Shown here piece after piece: positions 15,699 to 28,883 of a stretch of 64,000 bases of DNA. The first letter of the stretch is position 1; every line of letters starts with the position of its first letter. This DNA comes from Parvularia atlantis (lineage: Eukaryota). The notes under the pieces were generated by a model. The model had not been told where the DNA came from. It saw only the letters and a program-made list of their open reading frames with translations, and did no database searches. The position numbers were made by a program, and so were the translations under genes. Where the stretch lies: assembly GCA_943704415.1 (NCBI GenBank), contig CALSCO010001666.1, forward strand, positions 1 through 64,000, written 5' to 3'.

Positions 15699-17117
15699 TC
15701 AGCACACGAGCGAGCGGTCAAGGAAGCGCAGCAGCCGCTGGCGGTACTCGTCCTGCGCGGCCTCGTAGCACTCGGTGTGACGGCCGTCGGGCACGATCCA
15801 GAGCTCTGCGCGATTGCGGGTTTGGTCGGCGCCACCCACGCGCGCGCGCACACGCACCCTTGTTGTCGTGCGGGACCGCGCGCAGGATGCGCGCCGAGTG
15901 CTCGATCGGGAAGCGCCGGTCCTTCGTGCCGTGGATGAGCAGGACGGCCTGGTCGCGCAGGACGCGGGCGGCGTCCTCAGCGGCACGAGGTGCGGCGTCT
16001 GCGCGAGAGGCGCGTGCTCAGCGTGCTCGCGCAGCTCGCCGCGGCAGGGGCACGCACTGGGCCGGCGCAGCGGGTCGCCATGACGCAGGCGGAACAGTGC
16101 CAGCTCGACGATGAGCGGCACCAGCAGCGGCAGCAGCGACAGGCCGCGCACGACCGGGTGCAGCGTGTACACGAACGAGTTGAGGATGTCGGTCATGCCG
16201 TCGCGCGGGGAGCTGTACGGGCACTCGGCGGCAATGGCGTTGACGAGCCTCGCGCTGGCGTCTGCGCGAGCGGCGCGATGAGCGAACGAGCGCTACACAA
16301 GGCGCGGGGCGGGCGCACACGACGTCTCCTCGTCCATTGCGCCCGCCAGCAGCGACAGCACCGCGCCGTTGGACGCGCCCAGCAGGCACACGCGCTCCCA
16401 GTGCAGCATGCGCCGCGCAAACTGTGCCGCGCCGAGCACGTCGCGGTACGCGTCCAGCCCCCAGTCGAGCCCACGGCCAGTGCCGTCACTACGCATCGTG
16501 CGCGCGTAAGCATCCTCTATCTGCCTCGCTCCTCCGTCTGGGCACGCACCTGATGCCGTGCTCGCGGTAGTCAAACAGGAGCACGTCATAGCCGGCCTCG
16601 TGCAGCCACGGCAGCATACGCAGCTGCTCGCGGCGGTCGCGTCCGCCGCCGTGCGCACCCACGACGCCGCGCACGACGTGCTGCGGCCTGCGTGCCGACG
16701 CGCGGCTCAGGCGCCGCCAGGCCCACGGTCCACGTGCGCACGCGCACCCGACGCGCCGCCCGGGCACGTGCCAGCCGCGCAGGACCGGCTGCGGCGCCTT
16801 GGGGTGGTCGGCGTGCGCGACGGGCGTGAACTCGACCTCGGAGAAGGGCAGGCCAAAGTCGATGCGCGGGTCGCTGATGTAGGGCAGCCACACGGGGTCG
16901 ATCGGGCGGCCTGCGTGCGCGTCGTTAATTGTGCGGTGCGCGTCAACGGCGACGCACCCTTCATCGACAGGCCCTCGGCCGGCTTGCGGTGCGCGTAGTG
17001 CGGCGGCACGAGCAGCTGCGCCGACACGAACCAGCAGAGCACGCCCACGTAGAGCGCAGCCAACGCGAGCGCGACGCCTAGAGCCACAAGCAGCGCGTCT
17101 ACATCGCCTCCGTCCAT
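15699..17117 (-). CDS. Membrane-anchored alpha/beta hydrolase (ABHD/serine aminopeptidase-like)
   Basis: N-terminal TM segment, LRGWHVPG, AHGGG, LLFDYREHG.SDG, nucleophile elbow GASNG, LLIHGTKD (acid) and GRHT (His). Confidence 0.88.
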
Positions 17118-17187
17118 GGGACCACCCGGTACGTCACAGCAGAAGGAGTTCATAAACACATCATACCGGTGCGCTGACAGACCGCGC

Positions 17188-20100
17188 TCACTTCTCGTTG
17201 TCCTCCTCCTCGGCATCGTCCTCCTCGTCCACGATGCGCCGACGCGGCCGGCGCGCGGCACCTGATGCGGCGGCGCGCGCGGTCCGGCCTGCACGCGGTG
17301 CCGGCGCGTCGTCGTCGTTGTCGCCGTCCGCGTCGAGCTCGTCCGCACCCTTGCGCGACCGTGCGGGCTTGCGACGCGGCGCGCGCGGCTTGGCTGGTGC
17401 GGGTGCGGACGCCTGGTCGCCGTCGGCCGTTGCTGATGCTGCTGCGGTGGCGGCAGTGGCGGATGGCGCGGTCTTGGGCGCCCGTCGCCCCGCGGCCTTC
17501 TTGGACGCTGTCGCGGCCTTGTGCGCCGTGTGCTGGTCGTCCACGCCCTTGTCGTGCAGCTCGCGCAGGCGCGCCTCAAACTCGTCCAGCACGGGCTTGG
17601 TCTCGGCCTTGAGGAACTTGCGCGCCTGCGGGCGGCCCGTCAGTGGCGCGGCGGCGGCAGCGACGGCGCGCGACCTTGGTGACGATGTCGTTGAAGTTGT
17701 TCCAGACCTGCTCGTCGTGCAGCTTGTCCTTGTACTGCGGCAGGGCCTCCATGAGCCTCTTGACCGTGCGATCGCTCGTGTACGACAGGCGCGAGAGGCA
17801 GAACGACAGGTCGCGACACTGCCGCTCGACCTGTGCGCGCGTCGACGTCAGCCCACACGCCGCGTCAGCCCACAAGCCGCGTCTGCACGCGCGCGCGACG
17901 CACGTCCGTCTGCCCGATGCGGTTGCACAGCTTCTCGACCAGGTTCTCGGTCTGCTTGTCCTAGCGGTCGCGTCGCTGTGTCAGCCGTGTCGCGTACGGT
18001 ACACCACGCCGCACCTTCTGGATGAAGCTGAAGATGTAGTCGATCACGCGCCGGAACGACTCCTCGCTGAGCGCGTTGGCGCCGCTCGACAGCCCGCTGA
18101 TGATGTCCGGCAGGTTGTTGTAGATCGCGTTGTCCTTGGCTGCCATCTCGGCAAAGAAGAGCTGCGCGGCGCGTGCTCAGTCCGACGCGCACTGCCAGCC
18201 GTGCGCTTGGCAGCACCTTGGCCAGCTCCGAGATCTTGGCGTCGGGCTCGTCCAGGCACTTGGCCATCTCGGCGATCTGGCCCTTGACCTGCCGCGGCGG
18301 GTGAGCCTCGGCGCACGAACGCGCGCGCACGCCACCTTGATCATGCCGTTGAGGATCAGGTGCGACAGGACCATGAGCGTGTTGCTGCGCACATAGAGCG
18401 ACGGGTCGCTCAGGCGGCGGTACAGGTGCGCGATGTTCTCGTCGATCAGGCTGCGCTCCGCGTCAGCCCACGCCAGCCTTCGACCGCACCGAGCGTGCGC
18501 ACCTGCTGAAGCAGATGGCCATGTCGCCCAGCGCAATGACAATGTTGGCGCGGATTACCTCCGACACCGACTTTTCGAGCAGCGTGAGCAGCAGCTGCAG
18601 CTGCGACTCGCAGTACTCGGCCGAGACACACATGAGTTTGCACAGGCACAGCACGGCGGCCGTCTGCACTGTGTCGTTCTGCGCGGCCGATGTCAGGCTG
18701 TGCACTTGCAGCGCACGGCTCGGCGGCGGCGGCGGCGCACCTCGAACGACTTGGGCATCGAGCAGATCTGCGACACCAGCGGCCCAAACACGGCCAGCAG
18801 CGACCCCTCGCCGTACAGCAGCTCGTTCTCGCGCACCTGGGCGGCCGGTGAGCAAGGCGCCGGCGCCGCCTGCCTTGCACGCGTGCACACACACACACAC
18901 ACCGTCTGCACGAGCTCGGAAAAGTCGTCCTCGACGTTGCCGCCCCCGACTACCTGGTCCTGTCACACGCCAGCGTGAGCACGGTGCGACCAGCCCCTTC
19001 GCGTGCGATCGCACCAGCTCGTCCGCTGCACTGGCCGCCTCCTTGCTCGCAGCGGTTGTGGCCTTGCCGGCCTTGCCGGCCTTGGCAAGCGGCTGCGCTG
19101 CCTCGGCCGAAGCCGTTTTCTGTTGTCGCGGCCGTCAGCTCGCGTCGTGCGGTCGGGCTGGCACGCACTTTGCTCTCCTTGCCGGCGCGGTGCAGCTTCC
19201 AGTGCCGCTCAATCGCCTCGAGATGGGCAATCTGCTTGACCGCGACGTGGCCGACCACGAAGAGCGTCTGCGCCAGCGTATCACACGCGACTCTGCGCCG
19301 TCGACCGTGTCAGCACAATTACGCACACGCGCAGGCGGAACGTACTCGCTGGCTGCGTCGGCTGCCAGGTCGCCGTCGGCCGCGCCGTCTCTCGGCGGCA
19401 CAACGCCAAACGCGCGCGCGGCCAGCTGCCGGATCAGCTCGGCGCAGGTCTTGTCGGGCGACTCGGTGAGCAGGTACAGGCACTCGATGGCCTGCTCGGT
19501 GACTTGCGACCTGCACCGCTCAATGTCACACGCTGCGCTGACACCTGCACAAAGACCCGCGCACGCACCACACGGCGTACGGCGCCGCCAACGACAGCAC
19601 CACGTCTGCCAGGCGTGCCGTGAGCGCGTGCGTCGGCGCGAAGCGCGCAAAGGCGTCGCGGCCCTGGCCCAGCGCCTTGGCTGCGACCGGGCTGTGAGAC
19701 GGGAGAGCACACAGCGCCGCATGTCGGGCACACCCTTGGCGCCGCGCTGGCGCGGGTTGAGCCGCTGCAGCGCCATGCACGTGTACAGCGCGACCATCGG
19801 GTCCGACTGGGGCAGCGGCGCGTCAGCGGTCGCAATCGCGCGAGCGCTGCCACGGCGCACCATGCCGTGCGTCGTCAGCCCGACGTTGACGAGCAGCTCG
19901 AGCTTGTCGGCGATCATCTCGGGGCGCGCGCGGCCGAGCATCGCCAGCAGCATGATGGCGCTGCGGCGGTGCTGCTTCGTCACGTCGGCCTTGGTGCCTG
20001 TAACGCAAGCGCACGCAGTCAGTCCACCGTGTGCTGTGCGGCAGACGCGCACCAAAGCAGCTCCAGAGCACGTGCAGCAGCTCCGACGCCACCAAACCGC

Positions 20101-23100
20101 GGCGCATCATGAGAAACAGGAGCTCGTCGAGCGATGTTAGCTGCGCCAGCGTCAAGTCCTTCGACAGGCTGCCGTGGCGTGCGCGCACGTGATGAGCATG
20201 CGAGCGCGCGGCCGCAGCGCGCACGCACTTAAACAGGTTGCGTGCCACGCGCTGTGCACGCTCCTTGCCCGGCAGCGATGGGTCCTCGGTCAGGAACAGG
20301 CTCTGGTACGCGCTGATCACGTGGTCCTTGATCGTCCGGTCCTTCACGTCCTTCGCGTCGATGTCGTCGATCGACACGGGCGCGCTGTCGCCCTTGGCGC
20401 TCGCGGCGGTCGCGGCTGCTGCTGCCGTGCCGACGCCTCCGGCCGCGGCGGGCGCGGTCGGCATGGACACGTCGTCCCTGGACCAGACGAGGTGCACCAT
20501 GTCCTTCACGCCCTCCTGCGCACGCAGGCAACGCGGTCAGCGCACTGCTTCAGTGGGCGTCGGTCAGTAACGCACATGCGCACACTCCAGCCCAAACTCG
20601 CTCGCGGTCGTGAAGAAGATCACGGTTTCGATCACGTCCTGCCCGCGCACGTCAGCAACGCGAGCAGGCCGTCACACACACGCATCGCGCACCGTCTTGT
20701 AGTTGGACACCATCAGCTGCTTGAGCACCGGCACGGCCGAGGCCACGGCTGCAAGAAAGTCGAGCGCGTCCTGGTAGTACCGCCGCTGCAGGCGCATCAC
20801 CGCGACCTTGGCGACCTGCCACGCCGGGCGCCGCGTGAGGGCGGGCTCGCCTCGGCAGGCCGTGAACACGACGCACCGTCTCTGCGTTCACCGCCGCCGG
20901 CATCGCCGTCTGCAGCGCGTTCTCCTTGTCGTCCTCGCCCTCGGGCTCCTCGTCCTCCGCGCCCTCGTCGTTCTCGGCCGTTTCACCTTCGTTCTCGTCG
21001 TCGTCATTGACCGGCTGGCGGCGCCGGCCAGCACGCTGGGACGCCTTCTTGGGCGATACGGGCGCGGCCTTGCGCGGCGACATCAGCTGAGCCGGATCGC
21101 TCGTCTGCAGCAGCGTCTGGTCGGACGGCCCGCGTCCGGTAAGCGGCGCACGCGCTGCAACCGCTGCAGAGGGTCGCACCTGCAGGCTGCGATCGATCTC
21201 GTCCACCTTGCCCTGGATCACCGACAGCGGCAGCTGCCCGCCGTCGATTCGGAACGGGTGAGTCTTGACGAACGCCGTCAGCAGCTGCACGGCGCGGCGG
21301 CGAACAGCTGGCGGCACCACGCTTCTTTTTTAGGATGGCCACGAACGCAGTCGCGGCGCGCACCGCTCGACTTGTCGCGCAACCGGTGCAGGCAGAGCGC
21401 GAGGAAGTGCGGGCGCATGCCCACTGGCATGGCGTTGGCACTGGCGCGGTGCCGTGCCGGGCGTCAGCGAGCATCGGGTGGCCACGCGAACGCGGCCGGC
21501 GCACTCAATGATGCCGAGGAGGGTCTGCATGAGCCGCGTGCGCACGTAGGCGTTGCTGTCGTGCGTGCGCTCCTCGAGCACGTCGAAAAGCGACTTGACC
21601 GCCGCATCCTCACCGCCCGTCGCAAGCGGCTGCGTGGTAGAGCCGGTTGAGCACGCGGCCAGGCGGACAAAGGATGCGCGCGCACCTGCTCGCCCTTTGA
21701 GTCTGCGAGAGGGGCGGCCTCGCCGTCTGCCGTGGACGCAGCGGTGCGCGCCAAGATCAGCTTGCCGACGACCTCAATCATGGCCATGCGCATGGTGTAC
21801 GACTGGGGCGGGAGCGCATGGTGAGACGCCGTGAGCCGCTCGCGCGCACGCAAGGTGGCGCACCTCCGAGTCGACGTGTTTCACGAGCATGCTGATCTTC
21901 TTGCTGACGACACGCGGCGCGACCTCGGCCAGGCGCACGAGGAACGCGCTGTACGCCTTGGGCGCGGTCGCGTCCTGGCCGTTGAACGACATCTTGGACA
22001 GGTCACTGCGCGGGCGGCACGCGCGTTGAGGCGTCGCCGCGGTTAAGCAGCGCGGCGCACGCACAGCAGCAGGTCGTCCGCAAAGCCCGAGGCGTCGTAC
22101 GCGACGGCCACGTGCGCGACAAAGTCGGCCATGCTCTCGGGCAGGTGGTCAAAGTACGGCAGGGCTTGCAGGATCGACGTCATAGCGGCTGTGCAGCGAT
22201 GGTAAGCTCGCGCCGCGCGGTTGGCGTGCCGCGCGCGCGTGCACCGGAGCCGTGGCGGTAGTGCTGGATGCACAGCGCGAGGACGTCAAACAGCGGTGCA
22301 CGCACGGCTGCGGTCTTGACGCTGTCCTTGTTCTCGAGTATGAGGTAGATCGGCTTGGTCACGGCGCTGCGTGCGGTCGGTCAGCGCGTGCACTCATCAC
22401 GTGCGCACGCGCGCGCACCCGACAAACGCGTCGCGGTCGGCGCCCATGTGATAGACGCGTCCGAGCGGCAGCATGAGGAGCTCGCGCAGACGAACGAGCA
22501 GCTGGGCCTGCCGTCGGTGTGTGAGGGAGCGCTCGGTGCGCGCGCGCAAGAGGCCGCACTTTGCCGCTCATCCAGTCCCACGCGGCGCCGGCGTCGTTGC
22601 CCGGCTTTGCCGCCGTCTGCGGGCCGCGTCAGCAGCCCCGCGGCCTTCACGGATGTCGCGCGCACCTTCTTCTTCTTGCCACCCGGCGCGGCCGCGTCGG
22701 GTTCGGCCGCAACCCCGCTTGGTGTCATCTTGGCGCTCTGCACGGCACAACCATCAGCTGACGGAGCCGTGCGGCGGGCGGGAGCGGGCGGCGCACCTCG
22801 GCCGCGTACATGAGCCAGTCGCACAGGAACAGCCAGCGCTCAAGCACCGCGCGCTCGTCCGAGAAGTCGGCGCCGGGCTCGCCCGCGAGCGCCGGCCGGA
22901 GCATCGCGATGCACGTGTCGAGGCCTGTGCGCGACGTCGGACGCGAAGTGCGCGAACACGCTGACTGGAGCCGCACCACCAGCGACGATCCCGTGCAGCA
23001 TCGAGCGCACGGCCGGCGGCAGCGCCGCAAAGTGCCTCAGCAGGTTGTGCAGCGGCTGGTGCACCTCGGCGGCCGTGACGGCGGCCTCGCTGTCCTCGAG

Positions 23101-23353
23101 CGTGTCGACGATGCCTGCGCGCGGGCGTGTCAGCGCGCGCCGTGCTTGCCGATGGCGCGCTACCGGTGAGCTGCGCACGCAGCGTCGCGACGTCGTCGCC
23201 GTCGCCGGCCCACGGGCACGCGCCGCAGTAGGCTTCGCGGTCCTCCTGCACGTGCGCGCGCGTGCGCGGCACGTCATGCCGCCGCCGCGCGCCCGCCCGC
23301 CCGTCGCGTGCCGTGCGCACCTGCAGCTGCAGCAGCTCTTGGTTCAGGTCCAT
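17188..23353 (-). CDS. NCAPD2: Condensin complex subunit 1 (CAP-D2/Cnd1/Ycs4)
   Basis: Start MDLNQELLQL. HEAT segments SYTMRMAMIEV, LEERTHDSNAYVR, LCKLMCVSAEYCE, VIRANIVIALGDMA, TLMVLSHLILNGMIKVKGQ and DNAIYNNLPDIISGLS. Basic/acidic tail. Confidence 0.95.
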
Positions 23354-23390
23354 AACGGTTTTCGACTGTCGAGCTGTGTGACACGCGGCC

Positions 23391-24446
23391 ATGCTGCTTG
23401 CGACGGCGAACCAGAGCCTCCGGGTGATTGCGCTTGGCGCGACGCTGACGAACTGGACGGTGCGGACGACGGGCGCGGGCGAGGCCGTGGACGTGCTGCT
23501 GGGCTTCGACGACGAGGCCGCGTACCGCCACGCCGCGGCCACCGACAACTGCTACATTGGCTGCGTGTGCGGGCGCTACGCCGGGCGCGTGCGCCGGGGC
23601 CGCTTCGCGCTGCCGGCCGGCGTCGACGCGCGCGGCGCCCGCGAGGTGCAGCTCGACGTCAACAACGGCGACAACTGCCTGCACGGCGGGCGCAACGGCT
23701 GGGACAAGCGCGAGTGGACGGTCGTCTCGGCCGCGGCCGAATCGGTCACGCTCTCGCTGCACTCGCCCGCAGGCGACATGGGCTTCCCCGGCGCGGTCGA
23801 GGCCACGGTAACGTACACGCTCAGCGACCAGGCGGGGCTGCGCATCGACTTTGCCGTGCGCGCCGTCGGTGACGAGGCCTCGCCCGTCAACATCACCAGC
23901 CACGCCTACTTCAACCTCGGCGGCCTGCGCACGCGCGACGCCATGACCGCGCGCCTGCAGCTGCACGCCAACGAGTACGTCCCGCTCGACCCGCACACGC
24001 TGTGTCCGCGGCCGGAGCAGCCGCTCGCGCCGGTCGCGGGCACGCCAGTCGACTTTCGGCAGCCGCGGCCGATCGCCGACGACAGCGTCGACCGGGCGAC
24101 GTTTGCGGGCTTCGACGTGAGCTTCGCCGTGCGCGACTGGCGCCCGGACGGGCAGCTGCGCCACGTCGCGCACCTGTACGAGCCCGCGACGGGCCTAGCG
24201 ATGGACGTGCACAGCACCGCGCCCGACGCTCACCTCTACACGGGCTACTACCTCACGGGCGCGCTCGCTGCCAAGGCGGCGCACCGCACGCACGCGCACG
24301 CGTACGGGCGCTTCTCGGGCTTGTGCCTCGAGCTGCAGCAGTTCCCGGACGCGCCCAACCAGCCGGCGTACCCGAGCACGCTCGTCCGCCCGGGCGAGAC
24401 CGTGCGCCAGACGACCGTGTACCGCGTGTTTGCGGCCGCCTCGTGA
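23391..24446 (+). CDS. GALM: Aldose 1-epimerase (galactose mutarotase), single exon
   Basis: Uninterrupted 351-aa ORF with DVLLGFD, GRYAGRV, NCLHGG, GFPG, NITSHAYFNL and GLCLELQQFPDAPN. Confidence 0.95.
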   Translation: MLLATANQSLRVIALGATLTNWTVRTTGAGEAVDVLLGFDDEAAYRHAAATDNCYIGCVCGRYAGRVRRGRFALPAGVDARGAREVQLDVNNGDNCLHGGRNGWDKREWTVVSAAAESVTLSLHSPAGDMGFPGAVEATVTYTLSDQAGLRIDFAVRAVGDEASPVNITSHAYFNLGGLRTRDAMTARLQLHANEYVPLDPHTLCPRPEQPLAPVAGTPVDFRQPRPIADDSVDRATFAGFDVSFAVRDWRPDGQLRHVAHLYEPATGLAMDVHSTAPDAHLYTGYYLTGALAAKAAHRTHAHAYGRFSGLCLELQQFPDAPNQPAYPSTLVRPGETVRQTTVYRVFAAAS

Positions 24447-24524
24447 GTGCCGCCTTTTGATTGCGATCATGCGTGTTTTGGGCAAGGCGGAACAAACAAA
24501 TGATGATCAGGCGGCGCGCGGGCG

Positions 24525-24695
24525 TCACAACGGCAACCACAACTTGCCCAGCTGCAAGCGCACAAAGGCGTGAGCCTGCCTGTCGGGAGCGCACGCACAG
24601 GTCGCACCTGGTCGCTGGACGCCGTTGCGACCATGCGGGTGGCACTCGACACGGCCATGCTTGTGATCGTGTCAGCGTGGGCGTCTTGGATCTGC

Positions 24696-24729
<34 letters not shown>

Positions 24730-26398
24730 TAGACGTCAGCGCGGCGCGTTCGGTTCCTGCGTAGTGCGTGCCTGGGCGCGGTGCCCGGTGGCAAAGTTCC
24801 ACAGCGCGATGTGCTGCCGCACGCCGAGCAGCAGCGTGTTGCTGTCGGTCGGGTGGAACACGCACGAGGTCACCTGCGCCGCGGCCCGTCTGAGCACAGA
24901 GCGCAGGCACAGGGGCACACGCGCATGCACCTCGTGGCTGCTCGTCTCGGAAAACAGCGTGGCGAGGTTGGTCGAGTCGTGCACGGTCACGAAGTTGTCC
25001 GACGTGGCCACGACAAACTTGCCGTCGCGCGACCAGTCGATCGAGCGGATCTGGGCGCTGGGTGTGAGCGGCGCTCGCAACACAGCCGCGACTGGGCACA
25101 CCGGCCGCGGGTGCGTCACCGCGCTGCTACGGATCGTGCCCGTGCTCACGTCGACCAGCTGCAGGTCAGTGTCGGCGGCCACCGCTACGACGCTACGTCC
25201 GTCGTGGCCGCGGATCTGCCGGATCGGCCCGCGCATCTGCGGGCGCGGCGACGGGTGACACGGCGTCCGCGGCGCGCCTCCGCCTCGCCATGCGCACCGT
25301 CTGCCGCGCACTGATGTGGTGCCCGCCGCCCAGCGACCACACGATCAGCGTCCCGTCCGTGTCGCCCGACAGCAGCGTGTGGTGGGCCGCGGACGCAAAC
25401 TCGACCGTGGTGACGCTGGCCTGGTGGCCCGCGAGCACCATCACGCAGCCCGGCGTGCTCACGAAGAACTTCCAGATGCGAATTGTACGGTCGCTCGATG
25501 CGCTCGCACACCGCCCCTCGGGGCCGAAGCGCACGTCCGTGACCGTCTGCGTGTGTCCGTCATGCGCGCGCACCAGGCTCCCGTCCGCAGTCGACCACAG
25601 GAGGGCCTGCGAGCACGTCTGCATGAATGCGCGCCGCAACGCAACCCACCGAGCGCGTGCCTTCTTGTCGTCGCCGCCTGTGACCACAAACTGCCCGTCG
25701 TCCGAGAAGGCGCAGCAGACAACCTGCGGCCGCAGAGGGTCATGCACAGGAGCATGCACGTGCCGCGACAGACGCACCGCGCCCGGGTGCCCTTTCAGCG
25801 TGGCCCAGTGCTGCAGGAGCGACGAGGCATCCGCATCTGGCCCACCCGCCTCAGAGGCACCTGCCGCTGCGAGCGCGCGTCAGCGCGCCACATGGGCAGC
25901 CACGCGCCGCACCTGCCGGTGCCGCCTCGTTGTACGTGTCCGGGGCCAGGAACGCATCAACGTCAGCCGCGTGCAGGTCGTACCGGTCGTCGCCGTGCGC
26001 GCCGAGGAAGAGCTGCGTGCGCGATCAGCGCAGCAACAGATGACGTGCGCCGGTGACGTGCGCACGTCTTCGCGCACGCGCTCGCTGCCGTTGGCGCGCA
26101 GCAGGTCCTCGCCGTCACCGTCCTGCGCGCGCGCGCGCGTCAGCCCGTGCGCGGGCACACGGGCGGCGCTCACAGAGGGCAGCTGCAGAAAGGCGCTGTC
26201 GGCAGGGCGGGGCGCGCTGTCGTCCCCACTCGATGACTGCTGCGACAGCGACGCCGACTGCTGCGACAGCTGCAGTGTGGACGCCTGGGAGTGGGCCTGC
26301 GCTTGCGCCTGGGCCTGTGCTTGCCGTCCGCGGCGCATCTGTGGGACGCGTTGCAGGTGCACCTTCACATGCTGCTGCTGCTGCTGGTGCTGCTGTTG

Positions 26399-26476
<78 letters not shown>

Positions 26477-27475
26477 TTGCTGTTGATGCTGGCGCGACGC
26501 GGTCAGCACTGCGGACGAACATCGCACGCCGGCGCTGTGCCTGCGGTATGTATAGCATGGAGCGCTGGCCGCACGCATCGCGTCAGTGTCGCTCACGCGG
26601 AACAGTGCTGTGCGCACCGGAGCAGCGTGGTCGCCATAGGCCTGCTGGTCCGGCGACGTGAGCAGCGGCTCGTGCTGTGCCTGCGCGGGCATCGGCAAAC
26701 CCGAGTGCATGCCTGCGGAGGGCGATACCGCCGACTGCGTCGCGTGAGTGCGGCTCCGCGCAGCCTGTCAGCCGCACCGGTGCGTAGGGGCTCGGGGCCG
26801 CGGCGTGGCCCGGGCTGAACACGTGCGAGGGCAAGACGGTGCCCGGCGGGGAGACGGTGACCGCGCCCGGGCTGCCCCACTGCCACGCGCCAGAGGCGAC
26901 GAGGCGGCCTGAGTGGCGTGCGCGTGAGGCTTTCCGCAGCCAGGCAACGTGCGGGCGCACCGGCCGGGTGTGGCGAGGCCCCCGGCGTGCCGTTTGGCGA
27001 CTGCATCGTCTGCTCGGTCTTGACGCGCTTGGCTGGCGGCGCCGGTTATTAGCACGCGAGCGCGTGCACAGGCGACCGCTCTAGCACGCACCGCCTTTGC
27101 CGCCCTCGCCCTTGGTCTGCTGCGAGCGCACGGACGCAGACGCGTGAGTCCTGGCCGGCAGCGCAGAACGGCAGCGTACCGTCTTGGGCTGCACGGGCGT
27201 CTGCGGCTGCGATGTAGGCGACTGCTGAGCGACGTGGCGTGCGCGAGCGTGAGCGCAGTGCGCTGACGCAGTGGCACATGCGGGCGCTGCACCTCGTACG
27301 CCGCCGGCTGTGGCTGCTGCTGCTGTTGCGTGGCACCTGGGCGTATGGCGCGTGTCAGCGTGCTCTTCACGACGCGCAGCCACGGTTGACGCACCCTTGC
27401 TGCTCGTCCTGTGGGCCCTGGGTGGGCGGGCGGCACCGCGCCCGGCCGCGGCGGCTTCAGAGGCGATGATATGCA

Positions 27476-27556
<81 letters not shown>

Positions 27557-28320
27557 GAGCGTGCGCCGCTGAGCCGCTGCAATGGCCCCAGGGGCCTTGG
27601 GAAGACGCACAGGAGCGTCGCCGAGCGGCCACTGCAGCGACGGGTCCCGGCTGACGGTGCTCGCCGCGTACGGCGACTGCACGGCGTCCGCAGCCGCGTA
27701 TGACATCATCCCGTGGCCGTTGATGGGCCGCTGCGCCGCCTGCGCGCATGTGTGAGCGCGCTGCAGCCAGTGCATATGCGCGCGCGCACACACCACGTAG
27801 GACGTGACGGAGGTCAAGGGCCGCGGGCCGTGTGCGTGCGGCGCAGCGACCTGTGGCCTCCCAAGACGCACGGCCTGCAGCTGCATCTGCTGCTGACGCA
27901 GCCGCTCTTGCAGGGCGTGCTGACGTGCCTGGTGAGCACAGCGGGCGGGCGCGTGTATGAGCGCACCGTCTGCGCGCCGACGTAGGCCGCGGCGTGGACC
28001 GAGGCCGGTTGGCGCGCGCGCGCCGCAAACACGTCCCAGAACACCGCCCACCACTCTGACAGGAAGCCGCCGTCCGAGTGGATGTGGTCGTCGTCCACCG
28101 AGAGCGGGCCGGCCTCGACGGCGAGCGCCTGAGCGGTCTGGATGAGGCCGCGCTTGATAAGGTACTCGTAGATGCGTACGTTGAGCCTGCGCCGGCGGGC
28201 CGCGCGTGTCAGCCCGCGTCTCGTGTGCCGCGGGCGCGCGCGACGTGCTTGTGGTCCGAGTCGCTCCTGGCCGCGGCGTCGGTGTGGCGCTGCTGGTGCT
28301 GGTGCTGGTGCTGGTGCTGG

Positions 28321-28369
<49 letters not shown>

Positions 28370-28727
28370 ACTGCTGCTGGTGATGCAGCTGGTACTGCTG
28401 CTGCGCCTGGGCCTGCTGTTGCGCCTGGGCCTGCTGCGTCTGCATGTGCTCCTGCAGCAGCTGCAGCTGGTGCGCCTGCTGGAGCTGCTGCTGCTGCCGC
28501 TGCAGAGGGCGATACTGCTGCATCGACTGCGCGTGCGCCTGTGCCTGCGCGTGCGCCTGTGTTTGCGCGTGCGCCTGTGCCTGCGCCTGCTGCAGCATGG
28601 CCAACGCGAGCCTCGGCGGCGACGGCGACGGCGCCAGGAGAGCCTCCGGTGCGATGCCCAGCGGGGCCGACTGTGCGCGGGGTCAGCTCGCCGGGAAAGC
28701 AAGCGAAAGGACAGGTCGACGCGCCAT
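24525..28727 (-). CDS. LEUNIG-like transcriptional corepressor: LUFS/LisH domain, polyQ region, C-terminal WD40 repeats
   Basis: LUFS RLNVRIYEYLIKRGLIQTAQAL...GGFLSEWWAVFWDVF (about 27980-28185). Three CAG tracts. WD repeats TLKGH...VVCCAFSDDGQFVVTGGDDKKALLW and GHTQTVTDVRF...ASASSDRTIRIW. The start at 28727 needs a GC donor right after the ATG; a downstream ATG near 28598 is an alternative. Confidence 0.82.
26370..26490. repeat. (CTG/CAG)n coding microsatellite, polyQ
   Basis: Direct reading. Similar tracts at about 27477-27554 and 28290-28380 in the same gene. Confidence 0.95.
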
Positions 28728-28883
28728 GGCGGGGCTGCGGGCACGCTGCGCGGGGGCGCTCGGCTGCGTGGTACCGCGTGCGCGCGCGCGTGCGCGCGTG
28801 AGCCCCCAGGCGACGCCGAAGCGAGTGGCGCGGCACGCGCGCGTCAGAGGGACGGGACGAAACACGAAGAACACGGTCATCTA

